Assembly (NCBI GenBank): GCA_963749155.1 | Contig: CAVVLO010000005.1 | Location: forward strand, 96,001 to 160,000 | Direction: 5' to 3' | Source of the DNA: an uncultured Armatimonadia bacterium | GTDB taxonomy: Bacteria > Armatimonadota > Zipacnadia > CAVVLO01 | DNA length: 64,000 nt | In this document: in pieces, positions 49,154-61,145 of the stretch | How the letters are laid out: every line of letters starts with the position of its first letter | How positions within the stretch are numbered: position 1 is the first letter of the stretch | The notes under the pieces: model-generated | The model's database searches: none | Seen by the model: the letters and a program-made list of their open reading frames with translations, nothing else | Told to the model about the DNA's origin: nothing | Translations under genes and position numbers: made by a program

Positions 49154-49886
49154 GGAGCGCGGTTATCGCGCTCTGATGCAGCCTGAAGGTCTGGTGGTTT
49201 TTGAAGTTCAACTTTCCACTTCAGACCTTTGGATCGCCGCCGAAAGCGAGCTTAAAGTCGAAGCGCTGACCGAGCTTGCCAGGCTGCGCTCCGAGTTGAT
49301 GAACTATTTGCGGCGCGATCCGCGTTTCGCCGAAGAACTGAAGCCCTGGATGCCCCAGGCTGATGCGCCAGAAATCGCGGTCAAGATGGCTGAAGCGGCG
49401 GCCAGGTGTGGCGTCGGGCCAATGGCCGCTGTCGCTGGCGCCTTCGCTGAGGCGGTAGGACGCAAGCTGCTCGAATCAAGCCAGGAGGTGCGCGTCGAAA
49501 ACGGCGGCGACTGTTTTCTGGCGGGCCATCGAGAGGTTACTCTGGGGCTTTTTGCGGGAGAGTCTCCACTCACTGGGCAGGTAGGCTTCAAGCTGAGGCC
49601 CGACCAATTGCCTTGCGGAGTTTGCACTTCATCAGGTACGGTAGGCCCATCGCTTTCCTTCGGGAAGGCTGATGCGGCGGTCATATTTGCAGAAGATACT
49701 GCCCTGGCTGATGCCTGCGCAACCGCGACTGGCAATCTGGTAAAGACTTCCGCGGATTTCGAGCAGGCTTTGGCTTTCGCCCGGGGAATAAAGGGCGTGT
49801 GGGGGGCGGCGCTAGTCGTCCAGGAAGAGTTTGCCGCTTGGGGCGATATAGAACTGGTGCGCCTCGAGACGCAGGAGCAGGAGTGA
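49146..49886 (+). CDS. UPF0280 / ApbE-like family protein
   Basis: SDL, VGPMAAVAGA, VENGGD, GVCTSSGTVGPSLSFGKADA, ADACAT. Confidence 0.88.
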   Translation: MTEERGYRALMQPEGLVVFEVQLSTSDLWIAAESELKVEALTELARLRSELMNYLRRDPRFAEELKPWMPQADAPEIAVKMAEAAARCGVGPMAAVAGAFAEAVGRKLLESSQEVRVENGGDCFLAGHREVTLGLFAGESPLTGQVGFKLRPDQLPCGVCTSSGTVGPSLSFGKADAAVIFAEDTALADACATATGNLVKTSADFEQALAFARGIKGVWGAALVVQEEFAAWGDIELVRLETQEQE

Positions 49887-50269
49887 TTGGTGTGGGACAC
49901 GACCTGAAAGACGCTGATCTGATTAGAGAAAGACTCGAAGCCTCTTACACGGAGGCTGAAGAAGCGCTGGATTATGCCGAAGGCGATGTCCTGGGCGCTC
50001 TTTCCTATATTGAACGCGCCAGGGCCGAAAAAGCCGGCGGTCTGCAGAATGCAATCTCTACAATAATGGCGCGCAGCCAGTCGCTGGCTCAGCGGGGGAT
50101 CAAGTCGCTGGAATTTGAACTCGGGGGCAAGAAACTCGGCAAGCTGGACCTGTCAGTTGTTGGCCCTCTGGCCTTCGGCCTGGCTGTAGGGATTGGTTTA
50201 TTGAAGCTGTTGCAAATCTCGGTCATCGAACAAGCTTCCGAAGAAGCAGAGGAAGAGGCTGCCAGCTAG
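49883..50269 (+). CDS. hypothetical protein with N-terminal UBA-like domain (DUF4342-like architecture)
   Basis: LIRER..SY.EA.EAL....GDVL.AL UBA-like helix bundle followed by a hydrophobic C-terminal segment. Confidence 0.55.
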   Translation: MIGVGHDLKDADLIRERLEASYTEAEEALDYAEGDVLGALSYIERARAEKAGGLQNAISTIMARSQSLAQRGIKSLEFELGGKKLGKLDLSVVGPLAFGLAVGIGLLKLLQISVIEQASEEAEEEAAS

Positions 50270-50356
50270 TTTAGCACTGCGCCCGATTCAGTTATAATCA
50301 AACCAACTTATGGCCGAGAGGCACTTGCCTCTCGGTTTGCCTTGATTGGAGGAAGT

Positions 50357-51229
50357 ATGAATTTCCAGGACGTCATTGAAGCGCTTAACGGCTTCTGGGC
50401 TGATTATGGCTGCCTGCTTGATCAGCCTTACGACCTTGAGGTAGGTGCGGGTACGATGCACCCCTCGACTTTCCTGAGGACCCTTGGGCCCGAGCCCTGG
50501 GAAGTCGCCTACGTGCAGCCCTCTCGCCGGCCTACCGATGGCCGGTATGGGGAGAATCCGAATCGCCTGCAACGTTATTTCCAGTATCAGGTCATCCTTA
50601 AGCCCTCGCCAGATAATGTGCAGCAACTCTATCTGGAGAGCCTCCGGTCTTTGGGTATCGAGGCGCGCCAGCACGATATCCGGTTCGTCGAAGATGACTG
50701 GGAATCCCCAACTCTAGGCGCCTCGGGAGTAGGCTGGGAAGTCTGGCTGGACGGTATGGAGATAACCCAGTTTACGTATTTCCAGCAGGTGGGCGGCTTT
50801 GAGGTCAGTCCTATCTCATGCGAGATAACTTACGGCCTCGAGCGCATTGCGATGTATCTGCAAGGGGTCGAAGCCTACACGGACCTCAAGTACAACGCGA
50901 AAGTAAAATATGGCGACATCTACAAGCCCAACGAATTTGAAGGTTCGACCTACAACTTCGAGCTGGCTGACACCGCTATGCTGGCGCAGCATTTTGCAGA
51001 CTACAAGGCCGAGGGCCGGCGCTGCATTGAACGCGGTCTGGTGCTGCCGGCCTATGATTATTGCCTGAAGCTGTCGCATACCTTCAACCTGATGGATGCG
51101 CGCGGTGCGGTCAGTGTTACCCAGCGCGCGGCCTTGATTGCGGATGTGCGCGGACTGGCCCAACAGTGCGCCAAAGCTTACCTGGCGCAGCGCGAAGCCC
51201 TGGGCTACCCTATGGGCCTGGCGGAGTAG
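50357..51229 (+). CDS. glyQ: glycine--tRNA ligase alpha subunit
   Basis: [61 protein letters not shown]. Confidence 0.97.
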   Translation: MNFQDVIEALNGFWADYGCLLDQPYDLEVGAGTMHPSTFLRTLGPEPWEVAYVQPSRRPTDGRYGENPNRLQRYFQYQVILKPSPDNVQQLYLESLRSLGIEARQHDIRFVEDDWESPTLGASGVGWEVWLDGMEITQFTYFQQVGGFEVSPISCEITYGLERIAMYLQGVEAYTDLKYNAKVKYGDIYKPNEFEGSTYNFELADTAMLAQHFADYKAEGRRCIERGLVLPAYDYCLKLSHTFNLMDARGAVSVTQRAALIADVRGLAQQCAKAYLAQREALGYPMGLAE

Positions 51230-51238
51230 GAGAGAGTT

Positions 51239-53354
51239 ATGAATCGCAGATTGCTGCTTGAAGTTTATACTGAAGAGATACCCTCCAGCTTTTTCGCCGC
51301 GGGATTGCTTCCCCAACTGCGGGCGCTCGCGGAAGAAGAACTGGCTGCAGCGCGCCTGACCTCGACCGAACTCAAGGTCTGGGGCACGCCGCGCCGGCTT
51401 GCGGTTGCCTTTGAAGGCGTCCCCGAGGCGCAGGCGGGGCAGACCCAGGAAGTAAAAGGCCCCCCTGCAAGTGTTGCCTTCGATGCCGAGGGCAATCCCA
51501 CGAAAGCTGCACTGGGCTTTGCCGAGAAGGCTGGCGTCGCGCCCGAGACACTTGTCCGCAGGCAAGACGGTAAAGCGGAATACGTCTGGGCCGAGGTCAG
51601 TGAAGAAGGGCAGGCCACTCTCAAAGTCGCCGGACCCCTGTTCGAGCGTATCATAAATCGCCTGACCTTCCCCAAGACGATGCGATGGAACAAGACCGCC
51701 TTCCGCTTCGCGCGGCCCATCAAGGGCTTGCTTGGGCTTTACGGCAACGAACAGGTTGCCTTCTCGGTGGCTGGGTTGGAGAGTGGCCGGCTGACCTGGT
51801 CTCATCCCTTCGCCCCCCAGGGCAGGCACAGCTTTGAGCTGGGCGCGGCCGAGGACTACGAGCAAGAGCTGCTCGAGCGGCAGGTGCAGGTTGATCCTGC
51901 CAAGCGTCAGGCCGACTTGCTTGCGAGGGCCGAAGTATTGGCTTCGGAGTGCGGCGGAGTGCTGTATGACCGCGACAAGGCCGCCTATGAGAACTGCTTC
52001 CTCATCGAATGGCCAACCCCCTTTGCAGGCCATTATGCGGAGGAGTTTCTCGCGCTGCCGGTACCCATCCTGACCACGGTAATGCGCAAGCATCAGAAGT
52101 ACTTCCCGCTGGTGACCGAGAAGGGTGGCCCGCTGCCTTACTTCATCGGCGTGCGCGATGGGGACGACTACTCGCTGGACGAGGTCATCCACGGCAACGA
52201 ACGCGTCATCCGGGCGCGGCTCGCGGATGCGGCTTTCTACTTTGAGAACGACCGCAAGCAACCGCTAGAAGCCAGACTGGAAGAGTTGAAGACCGTCACC
52301 TTTGAGGCGCGGCTGGGCACGCTTTACGAGAAGACCGAGCGGCTGGAGCAGCTGGCTGGTCAGCTAGCAAGCACGCTGGCACTGGAGTCCGAGGTTAGAG
52401 AGGCGCTGCTGCGCGCGGCGCGGCTGGCCAAGTGCGATCTCGTCACCGATATGGTGCAGGATTTCGACGAACTACAGGGCGTTATGGGCCGTCATTATGC
52501 GCTGCTCGATGGCGAATCCGAGGCGGTCGCGCAGGCACTGGAAGAACAATATATGCCGAAGGCGGCAGGGGCTGCTTTGCCGAAGTCTCTGCCCGGCGCG
52601 CTGCTGTCGCTTGCGGACAAGCTGGACACGGTCGTTGGGTGCCTGGCGGTCGGTTATTCGGCTACCGGCTCAGCTGATCCCTTTGGCCTCAGGCGTTCAG
52701 CCTATGCGCTTGGTCTCGCTTTGCGACGCCTACGACCTCAAGCTGGACCTTTCCGCGCTGGCAGCGATGGTATACCAACTGGTAGAGCCCAAGGCCCAAG
52801 TGGGGAAGGACGATACGCTTGCGGCCTTCGCCGAGTTGCTGACAGGCCGCGTAGAGGCTTATCTGCGTGATGAAGGGCTGCGTTATGACACCCTCAACGC
52901 GGCGTTGGCCTCTGGCGCAACCACGCCGCGACTGGCCTGCCTGCGCGCTCGCACCTTCGAACAGAACCGCGACTTGGAGGGTTTTATCCAGCTTGCGACC
53001 GCGGCGATGCGGCCTATCAACATCGTGAGAGCGGCGCTGAAGAAGGGCCAGATCACCTCCGAGCTGCTCTCCGAGGCGCCGGATGAGACACTTTTCGGCA
53101 CCGAGATGGAGCAATCCCTTTTTGCAGCTTTCCAGGGCCTTGCTTCAGCGACTGCCGGGGAACTTCTGACCGAGGCCGCCTGGCAGGATTTCGCAACCCG
53201 TCTGACCGCGCTGACGCCAGTGGTGGACAAGTTCTTCGATGAAGTGCTGGTTATGGATAGCGACCTGGCCGTGCAGCAGAACCGCCTGCGGCTGATGGCC
53301 TATGTGGCAAGACTTTTGGAGAGGCTTGGTGACTTCACGCAACTGGTGATCTAG
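51239..53354 (+). CDS. glyS: glycine--tRNA ligase beta subunit (+1 frameshift near 52711)
   Basis: LLE..TEEIP, TPRRL, GP, MRW..FARP, HQKYF, GNERVIRARLADA, ELQG.MG, GSADPFGLRR, FFD.V.VM, NRL. Confidence 0.95.
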
Positions 53355-54410
53355 ATGACCATCAGAGAGCAGATTGAGGAGCTTGAGCGACGCGTTCTCA
53401 GCGAGCATGCGCAGCTTGCCTGCGAAACTCGCGGGAGGGCGTCGCCCGAGCCAGAGTGCGCCATCCGCACTGTCTTTCAGCGCGACCGGGACAGGATTAT
53501 CCACAAGTGTAAAGCTTTCCGGCGGCTTGCCAACAAGACGCAGGTCTTTATCTCACCGCAACTTGACCACTATCGCACGCGCCTCTCGCACACTTTGGAG
53601 GTCTCCCAGATAGCCCGTACCATCTCGAAGGCTCTTCGTTTGAATGAGGACCTCACCGAGGCTATCTCACTCGCCCACGATGTCGGCCACACGCCTTTTG
53701 GGCACCATGGAGAGGCCGTGCTGGATGAGTTGTATTCCCAATACGGCGGCCATTTCCATCATCACGAGCACAGCTTGCGGGTTGTGGACGTGCTGGAGAA
53801 CGACGGGAAGGGCCTCAATCTGACCTTCGAAGTGCGCGATGGCATCCTCTCACATACCAAAGGGCGCGAAGACCTCCAGGAAGCCGCAGCCAAAGTGCAT
53901 CCGGCGACACTGGAGGGCCAGGTGGTGCGGATTTCTGACCGGATAGCCTATCTCAACCATGATCTGGACGACGCTATCCGCGCCGGGTTGCTCGAGCTTG
54001 ATGACGTACCGGCCGATTTGCTGAAGGCACTGGGACGCTCTCACGGCGAGCGACTTGATACTTTGGTATCAGTTGTCATCCATACTAGCGAAGGGCAGCC
54101 AGAGGTGCTCCTGTCGCCCGCAATCACCAAAGCCTGCGACGACCTCAAGGATTTTCTCTTCGAGCGTGTGTATGACGCCGAGAAATCGCGCCTCAACCTG
54201 CACAGCAAGGTGAAATACATCATCACCGGGCTTTTCAGATATTATCTGGACGGCCCCTGGGATGATGCCGATTTTCCTGAGAGTATAAGGAGCGCGCCAG
54301 ATATCGAGTCAAGGACCCGTGCAATCGTGGATTACATCGCAGGGATGACCGACCGCTTCGCCAAACGCGAGTTCGCCAGGCGCTATATGCCCGAGGACTG
54401 GCCCGAGTAA
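53355..54410 (+). CDS. dgt: deoxyguanosinetriphosphate triphosphohydrolase (HD family)
   Basis: FQRDRDRIIH, KTQVF, RTRLSHTLEV, HDVGHTPFGH, GLNLT, AY..HDLDD, DYIAGMTD. Confidence 0.92.
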   Translation: MTIREQIEELERRVLSEHAQLACETRGRASPEPECAIRTVFQRDRDRIIHKCKAFRRLANKTQVFISPQLDHYRTRLSHTLEVSQIARTISKALRLNEDLTEAISLAHDVGHTPFGHHGEAVLDELYSQYGGHFHHHEHSLRVVDVLENDGKGLNLTFEVRDGILSHTKGREDLQEAAAKVHPATLEGQVVRISDRIAYLNHDLDDAIRAGLLELDDVPADLLKALGRSHGERLDTLVSVVIHTSEGQPEVLLSPAITKACDDLKDFLFERVYDAEKSRLNLHSKVKYIITGLFRYYLDGPWDDADFPESIRSAPDIESRTRAIVDYIAGMTDRFAKREFARRYMPEDWPE

Positions 54411-54417
54411 CCGACCC

Positions 54418-54453
54418 AAAGAGAACGCCGCCCCGAAGGACGGCGTTTTTTTT
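54418..54453. terminator. intrinsic terminator between convergent dgt and purH
   Basis: AACGCCG...CGGCGTT stem followed by a T8 tract, with an A-rich 5' flank. Confidence 0.8.
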
Positions 54454-54471
54454 CTACTTACCATGAGGCGC

Positions 54472-56013
<1,542 letters not shown>

Positions 56014-56023
56014 TGTCTTTCTC

Positions 56024-57062
56024 CTAAACGAGTTCTACGTGCGGTTCATCGCCTGCAAGAAGGGTGCCAAGAAGGACAGGAGCCTCTCCGGAAGAGGCGA
56101 GGGTCTCCATCGCCCGGGAGGCGTCAGAGGCCGCCACTACTACTGTAAAGCCTATCCCCATATTGAAGGTCTTGTACATCTCTTCAAGAGGTGTCGCCCC
56201 ATAATGCTGAAGGAGGTCGAAGATGGGCAAGACTGGGACGTTTGCCTTCTCAATCCGCGCCACACAGCCCTTCGGGAGGATGCGCACCAGGTTGCCCGGC
56301 AGGCCCTCCTCCGGTGATATGGGCCATCCCCTTTACCGGAAGGGCGGCCATAAGAGCCCGGATGGGCGCGACAAAGAGGCGCGTAGGGCGCAGCAGCTCT
56401 TCGCCAAGAGGGCACGAAAGGCCTTCGAAAGAGGCCTCAAGAGGCAAGCCCTCTCTTTCGATAATGGCGCGCGCAAGAGAATAGCCATTGCTGTGCAATC
56501 CGCTCGAACGCAAGCCAATTATGACATCGCCTGGAGTGATGGCGCTGCCGTTGATAACTTCGTCCTGCTTGACCGAACCTACCACAAAGCCTGCCAGGTC
56601 ATATTCGCCCTCGGGATAGAAACCGGGCATTTCGGCTATCTCTCCCCCGATAAGGGAGCAGCCAGCCTGCCGACATCCCTCTGAGACGCCCGCTACGATG
56701 GCAGTCGTAACCTCGGGTTTGAGCTTGCCGCAGGCGATATAGTCCAGCATGAAGAGCGGCTGGGCGCCCAGTGTGAGCACATCGTTGGCGCTCATCGCCA
56801 CGAGGTCGATGCCCACCGTGTCATGTTTGTCCAGCGCGAAGGCGATCTTGAGTTTGGTGCCTACACCATCGGTGCCCGCCACCAGCAGGTTGCCCTGAGT
56901 ATCTGGTTGCAGCTCGTAGACCGCCCCAAAGCCACCTACACCAGCTTTCACATTAGGTGAATAGGTAGATTGAGCGAGCTGTTTGATTCGTTCCACGGCG
57001 ACGTCAGCAGTCTCGATATCTACGCCTGCCGCGCGATAGGTTAGCGGGTCTCTGGGTTCCAT
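56024..57062 (-). CDS. purM: phosphoribosylformylglycinamidine cyclo-ligase (+1 frameshift near 56305)
   Basis: YRAAGVDI, GGFG, TDGVGTK, GIDLVAM, SSGLHSNGYSL. HITGGG joins LPGNLVR...TFNMG after removing one base. Confidence 0.95.
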
Positions 57063-57174
57063 ACAGGCCTCTCCCTTGAGGGTCCGGGGTACACCCAGAG
57101 TTTACGGCCCGGCCCCCTGCCGGGTCAAGCCTGCCCAGGACGGGGGATGGAGTGTTACAATGGGCCATCGTCTT

Positions 57175-57915
57175 ATGAGCAAACTAATCTGTGATTTCCA
57201 CGTCCACACGGACGTCAGTTATGACACCACCGTGCCACCTGACGCGCTGGCCAGAGCCTTTTGGCGCGCAGGTGTGACTTGCGTTGCCATCACCGATCAT
57301 AACGCTTTCGAAGGCGCTGCTGCCTTCGCAAAATATTTTCCCGGGCTGACCATACCAGGTATGGAAGTCGAAACCTCGGAGGGAGAGCTTATAGGGCTCT
57401 TCCTGAAAGAAGCCCTGCCCGTGGGCGCTTCGGCAGTAGATACCGCTTGCGCCATCAAGCAGCAGGGGGGCCTGGTCTATGTGCCCCATCCCTTTGTCAG
57501 GGTGCTCCTGGGACGGCTGAGAGAAGAAACTTTGATGACCCTCTTGCCCGAGGTGACGGCCCTGGAGGTAGTCAACGCACGCAATCCCTTCGTGGCGGAT
57601 GACTATAAGGCCTGGTGTTTCGCAAAACAGCAGAAAGTGGTCGCGCTTGCCGGCAGTGATTCACATATGGCAAGAGATGCGGGCGCAGTGAAAGTTGAAT
57701 TGCCGAGTTTTGAGGATGCAGAAAGTTTTAAGGCAGTTTTGAATCAGGCCAAAATCCAGCGCTGGAAGCGGATTGGTCAACACGAAAACTTCTATAACTT
57801 CCTGGTGGCGGTAAGGCACAGGGGGCTGGATGAGCGGTTGAAGGTGATTCTGGGCACGGCGGGCGCGCTGGTGACCGCTAGTCTGTCTCGTGACGGTGAG
57901 AACCGACGCGCCTGA
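57175..57915 (+). CDS. PHP domain metal-dependent phosphoesterase (alternative start 57160)
   Basis: DFHVHT..S.D, AITDHN, GMEV, PHP, GSDSH. Confidence 0.88.
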   Translation: MSKLICDFHVHTDVSYDTTVPPDALARAFWRAGVTCVAITDHNAFEGAAAFAKYFPGLTIPGMEVETSEGELIGLFLKEALPVGASAVDTACAIKQQGGLVYVPHPFVRVLLGRLREETLMTLLPEVTALEVVNARNPFVADDYKAWCFAKQQKVVALAGSDSHMARDAGAVKVELPSFEDAESFKAVLNQAKIQRWKRIGQHENFYNFLVAVRHRGLDERLKVILGTAGALVTASLSRDGENRRA

Positions 57916-58354
57916 GACTCTTCTCCTGGTCGCGCTTCACTATCTCATTGCGCCTGTCAAAAAGTTTCTTGCCGCGAGCGACCGCGATAGTGATTTTGGC
58001 AAAACCCCGCGAGTTGAAATATAGCTTCACGGGCACGAGAGTCAGGCCTTTCTCGCCAACGGCGACCTTGAGCTTGCGGATCTCCCCTGAATGCAGCAGC
58101 AGCTTGCGCCTGCCGGCAGGCTCCTTGGGATTCATCCGGCCGCCCTGCTCGTAGGGGTGGACATACATCCCCTCAAGCCAGACTTCGTTGCCTTCAATCT
58201 GACCGTAGGCTTCCGAAAGACTGGCCTTGCCCTGGCGGATAGATTTTACCTCGCAGCCAGACAGCACCAGGCCTGCCTCATAGGTTTCAAGGAGGCTGAA
58301 TCTATGCCTGGCCTGGCGATTTTCAATTGTCGGCGCGTTGTTTTGTTTTGCCAT
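57878..58354 (-). CDS. smpB: SsrA-binding protein
   Basis: NRQARH, YEAGLVLSG.EVKSIR, RKLLLH, GLTLVP, GKK..D.R. Confidence 0.95.
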   Translation of the reverse strand: MAKQNNAPTIENRQARHRFSLLETYEAGLVLSGCEVKSIRQGKASLSEAYGQIEGNEVWLEGMYVHPYEQGGRMNPKEPAGRRKLLLHSGEIRKLKVAVGEKGLTLVPVKLYFNSRGFAKITIAVARGKKLFDRRNEIVKRDQEKSLRRVGSHRHETD

Positions 58355-58476
58355 AAGATTCACTTGCAGCCTAAGGGGCCGCTGGGGGATGGTAACAGAA
58401 AGCTGGATTTGGGCCAAGTGAGATGCCAGGGCGCATCAGGCCACGCGCCCTGGACGAGGACAGTAAAAGTAAGATC

Positions 58477-58995
58477 CTAGCTCCATTTCTCCCAGCAGAC
58501 GACATCGTCCAGCGATTTGCGGGGAGGGCCGGCAGGCTCTTCATCAGGCCAGCCAAGCGGCGTCAGGGCCAGCACATCGGCTTCCTCGGGGATGCCAAGG
58601 ATCAGCTTCACTTTGGCTTCTTCATAAGCGCCAATCCAGCAAGTGCCAAGGCCTTCGGCTTTCGCCTGAAGCAAGAGCTGGGTGAAAGCCGCGGCAACGT
58701 CCACCTGCACGGCGCTCCACCTGTTCCCGATATGGCGAGCTTTCTCAGGCAGGCCACAGGCGATGATGACGCAGTCGGCATGCCCGATAAACTGTTGGCC
58801 TCGGCACGCCTCGACAAGCTGAGCTTTGGTCTCGGGATCGCGCACTACGATAAACTTCCAGGGTTGGGCGTTGCCGGCAGAGGGCGCTATCCGGGCAGCT
58901 TCGAGCACGCGCTCAAGGACTGCTTCCGGCACAGGTTCCGTATTGTATTTACGCACACTCCGCCTGTGACGCAGACATTCCACTACATCGGACAT
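58477..58995 (-). CDS. nitroreductase family protein
   Basis: RRSVRKY, APSAGNAQPW.F, GLGTCWIG, LG.P, RK. Confidence 0.92.
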   Translation of the reverse strand: MSDVVECLRHRRSVRKYNTEPVPEAVLERVLEAARIAPSAGNAQPWKFIVVRDPETKAQLVEACRGQQFIGHADCVIIACGLPEKARHIGNRWSAVQVDVAAAFTQLLLQAKAEGLGTCWIGAYEEAKVKLILGIPEEADVLALTPLGWPDEEPAGPPRKSLDDVVCWEKWS

Positions 58996-59007
58996 AGTGA
59001 TTCCTCC

Positions 59008-59796
59008 TTAAGAGACAAGTTTGCGAAGCAGTGCGAGGTCTTCGGCGAGTTTCACAGGCGCCGGCACCTCGGTGAAGTCCTCAAGAGAAAGCCAGCCATC
59101 GTAGCCGACAGCTTCAAGATCATTGATTACCTGGGCCCAGTCGACGATGCCCTCGTCCATCCTCGCCGAGGTGGCCTTCCACTGGCCTTGACGGTTCTTA
59201 ATCCACTGCGAATTTTTAACATGCACGTGTTCGAGCCAGGGCCCGAGCAACTCAAGGCCCAGCCGCCAGTTCTCAAAGCCCTCGTAAATCATATTGCCTG
59301 GATCGAAGATAACTCCGATGGCCTGGGGCGAGAAGTTGCTTGCGATACGCCAGGCGAGGGAGGGGCTGGCTGCGATATTACCCATATGGATTTCAAGTTG
59401 ACACTTGACCCCGAGGTCCAGAGCCACAGGCTCCAGCTTCGCAAAAGCCTGGCAGGCCTGGTCATAAAGGGTGGGATAAGGCACGCTGCGGTCATAACGC
59501 GGCACTCCGACCCGCACTCGGGGACAGCCCATCACGGCGGCAGCGCGCAGGATACTGACTACTGGCTCGTATTCCTGGGCGCCAAGATAGGGGGCCAGCG
59601 CAGCCAGTTCGAGCCCGTAATCGGCGGTGACTTTCGCGACCTGTTCGGCCTGGGCTTCGATGCCCTCGACAGGCACATGGAAGGAAGGATGGACGCGCCA
59701 CTCGACGCCAGCATAGCCAATCTCGGCAAGCAGCTTTGCGGTGGCCTCGAGGTCGTACTGGTCACCGACCATAACAGTGAAGACGGAGAGCTTCAA
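59008..59796 (-). CDS. sugar phosphate isomerase/epimerase (xylose isomerase-like TIM barrel)
   Basis: GYAGVEWR, LEIH, FDPGN, HVHVKN, G.VDW, GYDGWLSLE. Confidence 0.85.
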   Translation of the reverse strand: MKLSVFTVMVGDQYDLEATAKLLAEIGYAGVEWRVHPSFHVPVEGIEAQAEQVAKVTADYGLELAALAPYLGAQEYEPVVSILRAAAVMGCPRVRVGVPRYDRSVPYPTLYDQACQAFAKLEPVALDLGVKCQLEIHMGNIAASPSLAWRIASNFSPQAIGVIFDPGNMIYEGFENWRLGLELLGPWLEHVHVKNSQWIKNRQGQWKATSARMDEGIVDWAQVINDLEAVGYDGWLSLEDFTEVPAPVKLAEDLALLRKLVS

Positions 59797-59807
59797 AGCC
59801 GAACCTC

Positions 59808-60812
59808 CTAAAAGATGGAGTCGGGATCAGGCTCCATCGCTTTCAAGGTATAAAGCGTTTCGTGGACGACCAGCGCCAGTCCCTGATAGAGTCCTTCATC
59901 GGTTGTACGCAAGGCTTCGGCGCGTTCTTCGGCGGTTTCGACCTCGCGCTGACTGGCGGCGATATCTTCAGGAGCGGCAAAGGCGGGCGGTTCTTTCTTC
60001 TTCAGCGAGAGCAACGAACGCTCGGCTTCTTGTGAGTGTAACAGCCCCCGCCGCTCTGCTGAATCCTTCAGGCAACCGGCCAGGTCGAAATAGATACCCT
60101 TGCGGCCCATCCAGCCACGCGACCGAACCAGGCGTTGCAAGGCAAGCTCGAGCAACTCTCCCAGGGTTATCTCGGGTGGGGCGTTGCGCTTGCTGCGACG
60201 CTTCTCAAGCTCCTCGAAGGTCTCTGTGAGGAAGCGAGTGAAGCAAGAGTCGGGCAGATGGCGCTGGCGTTCGACGAAGACATCCCAGGACCTGGAGGGC
60301 CCAACCAGCGGGAAGAGCGGTTCGCATTCTTTGCGTTCGAGCTCGAGGTAGCCTTCCTCATGCAGATTGGCCAGGAGCAGGATTATAAAATTGTTGAGGA
60401 ACTCGCGCAGGTCAATCTGAGGCGCGACCTCGTGCGGCTGCAGGGCGTATCGCTTTTGACGGGGCGACATTGGCTCTTCAAGTTCGGTTGAGAAACGTTC
60501 TGCGTGGACATAACAACAAGCTTCGAAATAATCGTCCGCGGTTTCGCCCTGGCTCTGGGTTGCGTCCTCTTGCCTGGCCGCAAGGGGCTGGCGCCGAGGG
60601 GCTTCTACTGCTTCCTCATCGTCGTCCTCGTCGTCGTCCTCTGCTTCATCAACCTCGGCGTCCGCAACTTCGGTTGCTTCTGTTAGCAGCGAATCAAGGG
60701 GAGATGAGTTTCCAAGCCGGCCTGTATCTTCCAGCCGGGTCCACAGGTTGAGGGCGGCTTTGGCAAGCAGCAAGCCCAGCAATACCGAGACTGCAATAAT
60801 GATATACAGCAT
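59808..60812 (-). CDS. hypothetical membrane-anchored protein with acidic linker
   Basis: N-terminal TM, D/E-rich tract, 334-aa ORF co-oriented with its neighbours. Confidence 0.65.
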   Translation of the reverse strand: MLYIIIAVSVLLGLLLAKAALNLWTRLEDTGRLGNSSPLDSLLTEATEVADAEVDEAEDDDEDDDEEAVEAPRRQPLAARQEDATQSQGETADDYFEACCYVHAERFSTELEEPMSPRQKRYALQPHEVAPQIDLREFLNNFIILLLANLHEEGYLELERKECEPLFPLVGPSRSWDVFVERQRHLPDSCFTRFLTETFEELEKRRSKRNAPPEITLGELLELALQRLVRSRGWMGRKGIYFDLAGCLKDSAERRGLLHSQEAERSLLSLKKKEPPAFAAPEDIAASQREVETAEERAEALRTTDEGLYQGLALVVHETLYTLKAMEPDPDSIF

Positions 60813-60814
60813 AA

Positions 60815-61076
60815 TTAGTCGGGTTTCCGTTTTGCGCTGGCAGCTCGTGTTGCCTCTGCCAGCAGTGAAATGAGGCTGGTCCAGGAGGGCCGGTCCAGCC
60901 GCGAGAGCGTCTCGCTTAGAGCTTGCCTGTCCGCCTCTTCCAGCAAGGCGACCTGGTCAAGCACCAGGCGTTCGTAATCGAGCAGGTCGGCGGTGTCTGG
61001 CGATTGCTTCTGGAAGGTTGGCCAAACGCGCCTTCATTAGCAAGGCTCCCAGTTGATCCAGCTCGCTTGTCTTCAC
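60815..61076 (-). CDS. small hypothetical protein (~86 aa) hidden by a +1 frameshift near 61018
   Basis: GGAGGG RBS and GTG at 61076. The span of 262 nt is 3n+1, and the stop lies 2 nt from the next gene's start. Confidence 0.5.
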
Positions 61077-61145
61077 CGCGGTCCCTCCGGCCTGATTATA
61101 GCATAGCAGGAAGCTCCTCTTGGGCGTGGAAGTTGCCGCTCGGTG

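Noticed and set aside
50270..50356. T-box riboswitch upstream of glyQS
   Set aside because: The gap is under 90 nt and has no T-box sequence or terminator.
50816..52261. 481-aa minus-strand ORF (similar cases at 7151-8419 and 39288-40379)
   Set aside because: Antisense to glyQS or other well-supported genes; no RBS or domain evidence.
58355..58476. tmRNA (ssrA) next to smpB
   Set aside because: Too short and lacks tRNA-like ends; only a CCAGGGCGC/GCGCCCTGG hairpin is present.
58423..59811. 462-aa plus-strand ORF
   Set aside because: Antisense shadow of the nitroreductase and epimerase genes; no recognisable motifs.
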